Made by a program: the position numbers and the translations under genes
The notes under the pieces: generated by a model
The model's database searches: none
Told to the model about the DNA's origin: nothing
Seen by the model: the letters and a program-made list of their open reading frames with translations, nothing else
Assembly: GCA_020184695.1 (NCBI GenBank)
Contig: JAANOX010000213.1
Span: 1-64,000 of the forward strand
From: Histomonas meleagridis 2922-C6/04-290x
Lineage: Eukaryota; Protista; Parabasalia
Direction: 5' to 3'
Length of the DNA stretch: 64,000 bases
Shown here: in pieces, positions 41,031 to 51,384 of the stretch
How the letters are laid out: every line of letters starts with the position of its first letter
How positions within the stretch are numbered: position 1 is the first letter of the stretch

Positions 41031-41690
41031 TGAAGTATTACAGTTTGAAGTAACTCAACCTGATAGTGTGTCAGTGGTTCTTCACCTAATCCAAGTATCA
41101 TTAAAATACAAGTTATGACACAAATTACTTTATTTGAAAATTTAACGTCAATTTTTAATAGTTATAATAATGCATTCGCGAGTTATAGATTATTTTATTG
41201 ATAAGAAGATTCAAGCAGTTTATATTATGCATGATCTTAATTTTATTTTATTTTCGGCACATGTTACCGTAAAACTCGACCGTTAATCCTAATTTTCAAT
41301 CATCCTCTCGTCGTTAATGCTTTATTTTATGTAGCGAGGGATTGAGCGAGTGCGCAGCACGATGCTCAAATAGCTCTGTGTGTGTAAACGTGTTTTTGAG
41401 AAAAACCTTGGCGAAGGCTTTACCCTTGAATTGGGGCGAGATATTCCAATATTAATCGAAAATTTTATCCAATTTAATTTCGACATTGCAATGTCCAACT
41501 ATTGAATCAGAAACATGCATGTTCAATTAAAAACAATAAGTTCGGCAAAGATTAAATTAGATGAAAAATATCCAATTCATTTAAGAAAGCTCAGTTCAAC
41601 AAAACATTAGTGAATGATATAGATCATTAAGTTTTTCTGGTGAATTTAATTCTTATGTTAAGGATTGGACCCAATATTGATATAATAATA

Positions 41691-42158
41691 TTAATTTATT
41701 TTTATCATCTTGAAATTTTTAAAGAAATTAATAAAAATATGGCATTTCCCCATGACATAGATATCTATGCCAATCAATATTAATTTTAAATGATCTGGGA
41801 TATCTTCTGGTAGCCATTTATTAATTTCTTTATCATTTTCCAAATACTCTTTATTCATTTCAAATAAACTTCGAATATTATGATTTTCAATATTAATCAT
41901 AAAATATCTTTCATTATAGCCTTCTAATAATTGAGGACTAAATTTTGGAATAATTTTTATATAATTTGTATAAATAGTATTTGTCAATAAATTTTGAATA
42001 AAATAATTTTTATCATTCGTGTTATATGAAACAAATTTTAAATTATATTGTATCTTTGTATATTTATTTCTTGTAATGATTATTTTAGGCATTACTGGAA
42101 GTTGTATAATCATTATTTTATTTTTATTTGGATCATTATAATGATTATAATTTGTCAT
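41691..42158 (-). CDS. Hypothetical 155-aa protein (probably mobile-element derived)
   Basis: Open ATG-initiated ORF inside the decayed region; no recognisable motif. Confidence 0.35.
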   Translation of the reverse strand: MTNYNHYNDPNKNKIMIIQLPVMPKIIITRNKYTKIQYNLKFVSYNTNDKNYFIQNLLTNTIYTNYIKIIPKFSPQLLEGYNERYFMINIENHNIRSLFEMNKEYLENDKEINKWLPEDIPDHLKLILIGIDIYVMGKCHIFINFFKNFKMIKIN

Positions 42159-42210
42159 AGTTTAGTTTCAAAAATTCATTGTAATTTAATAAAATTTGAA
42201 TCATTTCTAT

Positions 42211-43543
42211 TAAGGAGCGGTCCAAAAGGAATGACTCCATTCTTTTTTCGATGAATAACAGAATATTAATTTTTTCTATCAACTTTATTGATGATATTAC
42301 TCTTTATGATTCTTAATCACCCATTCAAGTCTCTTGATCCATGCTTCAAACACCATTTGAAGCTCTTCAAAAGTGATACCGTCGTATATGCGTATAATTT
42401 CATTTTTTAAATCTTTTCATGAATTTATCTCCACACCCTTTATATTTTTCTTTGACATTCCGATAAACCAAAAATCACATGGACTTAGATCTGGTGAATA
42501 AGGTAAGTGAGGAATTCTATTAATTCTTTCTATATTTAATTTTTGAGCAACAAGTGATCAATTATGTATCGGGGAGTTATCCATATGAATCTTTATATTT
42601 TTCAAAAATGGTTGTTTCTTGTCATGATCAACATTTTCGTGAAATTGTGGAATCATATAATTAATAAAATATTGCTGATTAAATTTGTGATTAGAAAATA
42701 ATGCATCAATGCAAAGCATTTTCGTCCCATTGAAGATAATTGTGAACATTGTTTTTTTGGATAGAATTTTCTTAGAGACTATCGGTGGCAACATATCACG
42801 TGATTCTTCATACATTTTTTTATGTTCATATTCATAAAAGAACCACGACTCGTCACCAGTCATAATTGAATTATATAAGTTTTTTCTAGCTTTGATTAAT
42901 TCTTTTGAAATTTCTTTAAAATACTCAACTTTTTTTTCCTTATCGTCTTCCGATAGCATATGGGGGATCCATTTTCTTCGATACTTTTTTAAACCAAGGT
43001 CGTTAATTAAAACTGATTTAATAGCAGTAGGAGAATTACCTAGTTCTGTTGCAATATATTTTGCTGATAAGAATGATTGTTCTTCAAGCATTTCTCGAAT
43101 TTGATCCGCTACATTATTTTTAGACCTTCCGCATCTTGGTGAATCATTGCAACTTTGGTCACCTGAAGAAAATTTTTTACACCATCGTTTAACGCTTGAA
43201 AGAGATATATCGATTTCAGGAAGAGCAGTATTTATTTCTTTGTAAATTTACAATTGATAGATATCCCATTCCTTGTAGAAAATAATATTTAACAACAATT
43301 TTTTTTTGAGCTCCGACTTTTCCATTAAATTTTGTGATGGAAAAAGTGACGTTTTTGAATCGGGTAAAAAGATTTAATCACTCATAAGTGAATTATAATT
43401 CAACAAGTGTACAAAATTTTTAAATAACAACAAAACACACATCGAGTTCATTAATTGTAGTTTTTATTTATATGTAGTTCATTATTATGGATCAAGTAGA
43501 TGTCGAAAAAAGGGGGTGAGGTCAGTACTTTTTGGACCCCCTA
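42211..43543 (-). mobile_element. Near full-length mariner element (about 1.33 kb) with degenerate TIRs; transposase about 42285-43325 has internal stops
   Basis: KWIPHML, IMTGDESW, IHMDNSPIH, HLPYSPDLSPCDFW (DD34D type). Both ends share GGTCCAAAA.G.A.TGAC...TTTTTTCGA in inverted orientation and are flanked by TA. Confidence 0.9.
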
Positions 43544-45959
43544 TATGTCTAATTATAAACCTGAGGTTATAGAAATTTTTTACAACTAAAATAGGTTAGA
43601 TATTCCTGAAATTACAAATTTAATAGATAAACAAAAAAGGGTGTCATTTACGAATGCAATTATATTTGAGAAACCAATACCATTTTCGACTTTAAGACAA
43701 AATAGTGAAATATATGTTATACCTTATGAAAAAGAAAATAAATAAAATACATATTATTTATTTGTGTATTTAATTCTTTAACATATTGTTTTACTGACCA
43801 TAATGAAAAAAAAACATTAGTAACATAAATTGTCTTCTTCGTATTGCTTTAAGCATTGTCAACAGGTTAAGTGTTAAAATTATTGAAATAATCATCATAG
43901 AAATCAAATGTAAAACAAAAAATCATCCTCAGACATTAAAAAAATGAAGTGATTATTGTTTTTATTCGAACTAAAGCTTTAAAACTATCGGGATCGATAG
44001 AATTCATATCAAATATCGATTTGAATTCATGATTATCAGGTATTTTATGTGATATAAGTATATCATTAACTTCATCTTCCTTTGATTCATATAGAAATGC
44101 TTGATGCCATCTCCCGAAATTACTTTCTAATTGAATTAAATGAATCTCTAAATGATGGATATTATTAGTAAGTGGTGGCTTTTTGTTATCAGTTATTGGT
44201 ATTGATACTTTGATAATTTTTTGATTGAAGAATTCGATCAACTCTCTATGAACATAATAAATATCTATAAAATTAGTTTAATTGATAAATTTTAGTTTAC
44301 CATTTGATATAACAGTATTGTTATTTCAATAGCAAAATAAAAAACAAAATTATGTTATTAATGAATTTTTATTTTTTATCATTTTCTTTGTTAAATTCAA
44401 GAATCGTTGTCCAATGTTTAAACATTTGAAGAATTTTCATTTATTTTAGATATTTTGTGAATATATTTATTTAATTTTTATTTTGTTTTTTGAGAAAACG
44501 ATGTGATATATACGTTTTTTCTGAAACAAATATTGTTTATCATCAATATCAGTTACAAAAAAATTGTTGGTAAACTTGAAAAAGGTTATCACTCGTTTAC
44601 AGGTTTTTCTTGGAAGTCTATATCGAACGGTATATTTTATAATTTCAATTAATTCTGATGATGCTATAGCTGTAGTATATAAATGTTACAGAATGTATGG
44701 GACTGCTTATACACTATATGAGAACTCAAATTAATGTTAAAGATTCTGATGCAGAAATATTAATACGTAAAATCAATACTAAAATGATAGCTTATGCTCG
44801 AAACACAACAATAATGTCGTCATCCATTAGTAGTAATCATGAATCAATGATTTTATTATGATCATAAAAAACTGTATCACCATCAAATTTATATATTGAT
44901 GAATTCTTGACTTCAAAATAATGATCATCATGTGATGCAGAATTCTGCAGGATAATAAAATTTCGATCGATATTTTAATGATACCAGCAATTTTATATCA
45001 TAATCGAAGAAGTAAAAATAATGTGGCTTTATATTTCTAAATTTTCATCGATATCACAATCTTGGCATATGTATGAATCAGATTATCACTATGATAATCA
45101 TTATTATGTATAATATGCTGTGGATTATCATATAATTCATTAGCTGTTTATATAGATTTCTCTTTGATATTTACATTATAATTTAATTCATTTCGATTAG
45201 GATATCTTACTTCATAAGGAACAACACTAACATTCTGATGAAGATAGATATTGACAAAAATTGTATTATATGATGTCGGGATCATTATAATGATAATCAT
45301 AATCATTCTTTTGAAATGTTTCCAATGATAGCTGATCATTTCAGTCAGCAAACGATTGATTCACATTCATTACGTAGGAATGATGAATATATCATCATTT
45401 TCGTTAAAGATAAAAATTTTTGATTATCGAATATATTCAGGACGAATTTCAATGCATTTTTTATCCATTACTTTTATCTAGTATTAGGCTTTAGATATTA
45501 TTTGGATAAATATCTTTATAAAATATATAAATTACTTCATCATTTATACCTAATACTCCTTTTCTTCTTAAGTCACATGTTTGTGAATTATGACTTCGTG
45601 AGTCACACAAACTTTCCATTAATTTTCATTTTTTGACCACATAAAAGATTGTTTCGTCAGAAATATTTGAATAATAATGATTGGAGGATATGTAAATTTC
45701 TCGATATTGACAACTGGATCATTGTCGATTTAGTTTCGAAAATCTCTTTTTTATTCAATTTATTTTAATGAATTCTTTTAATTTTTTCCCAATATTACTG
45801 ACTGCTTCTTTATCACACATGTGTACCACCTATTTTTGCATGAAATTGGATTTCTTTCGTTTATATGTTGTAAAATCAATTTCCATTAACGAAGCTAAAT
45901 CAGGTAATGATTGTTTCGCAATGATCGAATTAACTAAGAACTTGCGATTCAATGGTTCC

Positions 45960-47130
45960 TGGCGTTCACTGTGATTTTAGCGATATTACCTCAGCATAAG
46001 AAGTTATAGTTAAGATTCCTTCAAAAATTCCAATAAGTTATTGTCTTGATGTTATTTAATATGCGATATCATCCGAACTGAAGCAATAAGCTTTCAATCG
46101 AACAGATGTCTTCATTGCAAAATCTTGTTATTGCGCCTGTATGCGACCATGAATCGTTAGTTGTCGGAAAAGCCGTAGTTGTAGGAGATTATTTATGGGA
46201 CTTTGGATTTAGAAATGTTAATGAATCAGTAAAGATCAATATTAAAGCAACAGCAGGAAGCGGAACAACAACTTATGCTTCAATGGATGCACCACAGCAA
46301 TTTGTTCGCAAGAGTCAAGTTATAAATAACGTAAAAATTAAGCTTGCAACATATCTTTTGAGAAGGGATGTGTCAAATGCTCTTGCTGCAAAATTAATTC
46401 AAGTTGCGATGCTATTTTTAATTAACGTTTGTCAAGTAAGAGATTTCACACAACCACTCGGAAGTGATTCAACAAGTGCTCAAATATCATTTAACACGGC
46501 AGCAACAATCGGATATAAACACTGCGATACTATGTTAACTGTATTCAGACAAAGTCAATATTCACGGACTTGATTTTTAAATCCAGATAAGATATAGTTT
46601 TAATATTGAAAGTAACATCTGTACGATAGAAGCTTATGAAATCGTTGATGACCTTAGAAATCTCAATATGCTTTTTGATGCTGTTAATATAGATGGAAGC
46701 CTTTTGAGTTCTTTAGCAAAAGATATTAAAACTTCTGTTCAACCTAATTATGAGAATACATATAATGCTTCAGGAGTTAATACTCGAACAAGAGCATGGC
46801 ACGGTTAGGATTACAGTAATTTCTTCATTGAATTACCGCGCGATGAAGGTGAGGACTTCATAAATGAAATATCAACTACAGGTACCGTACAAGTTGAATT
46901 ATTCGGATTAGCTGATATTCGCGTCAAATCATCCGAAATATGCTCATTTCCTCCGTTTTGTTGAGCATTAGGAAAATAATTAAAAAAAAGGTTAAAATTA
47001 ACCCTCAAAAAATAAATGGTACTCTTTGACACTCGACATCATAATTATTTGGTGAATCTTAACCATCAGCAATTGTAATATCACAATTACCTGGATTCCA
47101 CATCGAAATGAATCTATTTTTTGCGGTATT
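45960..47130 (+). pseudogene. Probable Maverick major capsid protein, middle and C-terminal part
   Basis: LFNMRYHP...SSLQNLVIAPVCD...IGYKHCDTMLTVFRQSQYSRT...YEIVDDLRNLNML...SNFFIELP....DFINEISTTGTVQVELFG. Homologous to 36590-36880. Confidence 0.6.
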
Positions 47131-47860
47131 TTATATTGGTTCGTAAATCTTAACATTAATGTTTATGATAACATTAAATAATGATTATAAACCGAAACGT
47201 TTCGGATTTAGAATTCTAAACATCTTTTGACGCACAGCAATGACATATTTATATATTACGCAATCATTAATGTAGGAATAAATATTTTTCATAAACTGTG
47301 ATTGTATCGTAAGTTTTGAATGTTTGATGTGATCGAGAATATCTAATGGAATCAGAGATTCTTTAATTCAATAACAGTGAAAATAATATCTTATCACTTA
47401 AAAAATCTCAGTTCCTAAAAGTGATGTTTTATTATGCAATCGAGGATTCCTTGCAAGAGTTGGAACAAATTTAAATTATCGGAAACGAAGTCAAAGCCGA
47501 AACGTTAATGTTGTAGTTAGTCTTTATGAACGCGTCTCGGTTTATTTTGATGTTAATGCAACAAAAAAAATAATCCTGATGTTATAAAAGGAAGTGTTGA
47601 AACAGCTGATAATACGTTAACTAATCTTGGACAAATAATTAATCACAAAGACTTATTGATTCAAGCGTTAATGTTGTGTTTGGATATAGTCGAAAATAAT
47701 CCTCTGATAGTTAATAAATATGTCATAGCAGAAGAAGTGACGAGTTAGTAAAATTAATTCAATTGTTATGTGATACACAAGGAGTTGAGTTAGTTATAGC
47801 AGATCGAGAAGCGGGTTGTTGTAGAAGCAGTTCATATGATAATGTATCGAATAATTAAAA
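47130..47860 (+). pseudogene. Decayed ORFs downstream of the capsid remnant (possible minor capsid and small conserved ORF)
   Basis: Residual coding fragments (YKPKRFGFRIL; ELVKLIQLLCDTQGVELVIADREAGCC) follow the capsid remnant. Assignment rests on position only. Confidence 0.3.
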
Positions 47861-48499
47861 CATTAAATTTTTTAAAAATTAGGCTTATTTTTTATTTTGT
47901 TAGTTCAACCGAAAAATAAGATTTATTTTTAACCAATAATAGGAATAATATACTTCAGAAATTGAACTTCTAATATGATTCATTTGATTATTATAATTAT
48001 TTGATACAGATCTCGCAAATTGTGAATAGGTAGAGTGTTCACTATGAGGTTTTACTGTATAAACATACCCATTTTAATCATATTTAATAACATATGGTGC
48101 AAATCCTTCGATATATTTGTTGACATTAGTCTATAATTTCTATTTAAAATTAAGTGGTTTTTTGATAAAAGATCCCCAACAACTATTCATCATAAATTTT
48201 TGTGTAGTAGCTAATTTATTATTATTTAATTTTTTAGCTTTCATTCTTAAATTATATAATATTTGTATAAGTTGTTTTACTTTGATATTTTCTCCTGTAA
48301 AATTACAGTTATCATCAGGTTAACCTGCCTAGGTACACATTGATATTACAGAAAACATATAGACACCATTTGAATCTATATAATAATGTTTACCTGTTAA
48401 CAGGTGTTAAATGTATTTGTTTTTATATGGTTTTTAGGGAATATACATTCATTTCGTATTTTATTAGCTAATAAAATATTGCTATATTACCTAATAACT

Positions 48500-49390
48500 C
48501 AAATACCCTCCAATACAATCATATTCGTACATGATTTTTAACATACAGCTCTCATCTCTGGATTAAAATCAGGCAAATCATCAAGATAGGGATCTTTATC
48601 TGAAACTATGTTCTGATACAATATCAAATCATTCTGTCTTGGAGGAATAATTGTTGAATCATTTGTATTGTCTTTCAAATAATTATGGATGAAATCGTTT
48701 ATATTACTTCCATCCATATGGATGAACATATATAGCATTTCATTGATTATGAGCTTAAAACCTTCATAGAGTTTATTAATTGTTTCGTAAGTTGTAACAT
48801 TATTCCAGTACTCAGCACATAAATCCTTTACTTCTTTGATATTTGTCGGATGATTTTGAGTAACATAATTGTCCATCAACTCCCAGACATTTTCGATTGG
48901 CAAAAGATCTGGTGAGTTATAAGGCCAATTGTTCAATAAGTTTATTCTCCGTTCAAACCATAAAATTGTTTGTGCTGATTTAGCACCGTCTTGCTGAATG
49001 ATTCTTGGGTCGATATCTTCAATTTCAAGCACATAATTTTATCAAATTAAAACAATACTGCTCTGAGTCAATACTTATTAATAAGTATAATCGAAAAAAT
49101 CAATTTTGTCTTATAATTAATATCGATTATACCAAAAACCATATGGTTCAGAAAAACTTTCCCCAGGAATTCGTAGGTTGTCTACAGTCATTTTAAAGAA
49201 TTTAATACTCGAATAATTTAATACTCCAATAATTCGAGTATTATCTGCATTTATTTTTGTTGTACGTCCTCTTTTGGGTGCTGGTTCTCCAACAGACCAT
49301 CCTGCTTTGATACAACTAGCTAAAACATTTGAAATTGTATTTGGTGAAACACCTGCGAGTAATTGAATTCAATTTGAATTTGTTTATATG
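48500..49390 (-). pseudogene. Tc1-like transposase remnant with internal deletion
   Basis: N-terminus LAGVSPNTISNVL...APKRGRTTKI (49240-49360). C-terminal DDE_3 part IIQQDGA...WPYNSPDLLPIENVWELM (48850-49000). The first catalytic D region is absent. Confidence 0.75.
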
Positions 49391-49734
49391 ATAATCCCAG
49401 TATCCAAAGGCGATATATGCAATACCTCTCTGATTCACCTTGGAAAATACTATAGAAATGTTACTTTTGATAACGCTATTTCATGTGCAAATTGATCTTG
49501 TTCCATGACAAATTATAAACCGTTTCTATCGTACTACAACTTATTTAGCACCAGTTTATATTATTTAACAATAAACAGTTTATTAAAGGACTCTACGAGG
49601 CCTATTAAAAGATATCATTTTAAAAGTAATATTTGTTCGCATTACACTCTTTTGTATAGATATACCATTTGTAAAGTATTAATTCTTAATTAAATCTCTC
49701 CTATTTAATCAATATCTTATAACGATAACATCGA

Positions 49735-49802
49735 AGGGCCCTGAAGCGAAGCCGTAAGGGGAGCCTGTAGATTATCTGCATTATAGATTATCTGTGTGTG
49801 TG
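49735..49802. other. Candidate mobile-element terminus: GC-rich GCGAAGC hairpin, 11-bp direct repeat, (TG)5 end
   Basis: gggccctgaaGCGAAGCcgtaagggg...tagattatctg..tagattatctg-tgtgtgtgt abuts and truncates the capsid fragment at 49803. Confidence 0.45.
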
Positions 49803-49932
49803 TAGTATATTCATAATTGCCAGATATAAAATCTTATATTTTCAAGCAGTCGTCGACTGCTTTATACCAGTCCTCTAAATTACCCGACATAGCATCTATT
49901 ACATTTGGTTGTTGATTTTGCGGTGCATACAT
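49803..49932 (-). pseudogene. Second Maverick capsid N-terminal fragment
   Basis: MYAPQNQQPNVIDAMSGNLEDWYKAVDDCLKI*DFISGNYEYT aligns with 27002-27409. It is absent from the ORF track because it is short. Confidence 0.65.
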
Positions 49933-50299
49933 TTTTAGAATATATAAAAATAATATAACGAAGGATTTATAAAATTTGTCGTGTAAGACACTTATATAAT
50001 AATAATATATTCAAAAATAATATAATCTTAATGTAAATGTTTTTCTTCTTCGTTGGATTTTTTCAAAAATTCATAATATTTATTAATCATATCAGAAATT
50101 GCTGTAATATTACCTTCGCTGCCTTCAGATTTATATAGTTGATTGAATATATCGCTATATAATGGATTTTGCATTAAAGAGTTATTAAACATTCTTTCAT
50201 TACTATTTATTATTTGTAATAATTTGATTTCAAATTGCACATTTTTAAAAGTTTTAGCTAAAAAGAGAAGATTCAATGTCACGTTTAAACGTTTTATCA

Positions 50300-51004
50300 T
50301 TATTCGACTGGTTCATTCTTTAATTCCTGCAACTGGGTTTGAAGCATTTCAATCCTAGAATCATCGTAATTACGAATTTCTTTTCCTATGGATTCAATCT
50401 CATTACTAATTTTAATCATTTCTCGGCAAGCATTTACTTTTGCCTTGGAGTACATTTCTAGTGAATCTAGTACCGTCAAAAAGAGCTGTTTCTTATATTC
50501 TTTCTCTTCTTTGGCTAGTAATGCTTCTCGTTCATCTGCTTTTGAAACATCAATTTGTTTTTGTTTGAGACACATATCATGCTCGTCTTGAGCTTTTTGC
50601 ATTTCAGGGGTTCCAGGCTTCGTGGCTCTTAATTGTTCTAATTTGGCATTAGCTTTTTCCTCAGCCTTTGTTGTCTTATTTGCACGATCACGTATTGCTT
50701 GATAGTTTTTGCGCTTTGATTTTATGTCTTCGTTTAATGGTCTAAGTTTTGTAAGCTCGGTACGCATTTTTGGAATAACATCGGATGCGTCTTTTGAAAA
50801 TTGTTCTACCTTCCTGACTTTTTCATCTGCTCTGAATACAGGGTCTTGAATTTGTTGATCTGGTTGTTTACGTGCAAATTCGGTAAATACTTTTCCATGA
50901 GCAAGCCCAAAATAGTTATGTTTTTTGCCAGATGCAATAAAAGAAGATTCAATTGCGTTATCCATGTTGTGCCATTCTGGAAAAGCTCTTAAGCTGTTGA
51001 ACAT
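50300..51004 (-). CDS. BAR-domain-like all-helical protein (234 aa)
   Basis: Intact ORF with three long amphipathic helical segments. Length and composition fit trichomonad BAR-like proteins; the fold call is inference. Confidence 0.6.
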   Translation of the reverse strand: MFNSLRAFPEWHNMDNAIESSFIASGKKHNYFGLAHGKVFTEFARKQPDQQIQDPVFRADEKVRKVEQFSKDASDVIPKMRTELTKLRPLNEDIKSKRKNYQAIRDRANKTTKAEEKANAKLEQLRATKPGTPEMQKAQDEHDMCLKQKQIDVSKADEREALLAKEEKEYKKQLFLTVLDSLEMYSKAKVNACREMIKISNEIESIGKEIRNYDDSRIEMLQTQLQELKNEPVE

Positions 51005-51384
51005 AGAGCAGATTGACTTGTAAACCTCTTATTGTCATAAAGTATTTAAATTTCCCATTGACTTTTGAATTTTGAGAACAATGGTTAAAATGTAAAAGGG
51101 CATGTTTCTTAGGGTTATCTTGATATGTCTAGTTTAAACTCATTACTTAATTAATATATTAAGACCTTGTATTTTAATTTTAAACATCAAACTAATAAAA
51201 TATTTTTTGTTTATTATAAAATTTTGAAATTAAATACAATTTCAATATTTAAATAATTTGCATATTTTTTTTTCGATGGAGCGGTGTTGGATAATTTTTG
51301 TCAAGACAATTGTGATCAATTGATCTTTTTTCCACTTGTTTCTTACTGGTGTTTTGTTGAAACGGTTAGAAAATCGGCTGGTCA

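Noticed and set aside
48317-48405. Two GTTAAC-centred palindromes (caggttaacctg, acctgttaacaggt)
   Set aside because: They are short, have no partner elsewhere in the window and cannot be tied to an element end.
50028-50300. 90-aa ORF overlapping the BAR-like stop (TAATG), suggesting translational coupling
   Set aside because: It has no recognisable domain and AT-rich UTR-like composition. It could be 3' UTR or Maverick debris, and there is no evidence of translation.
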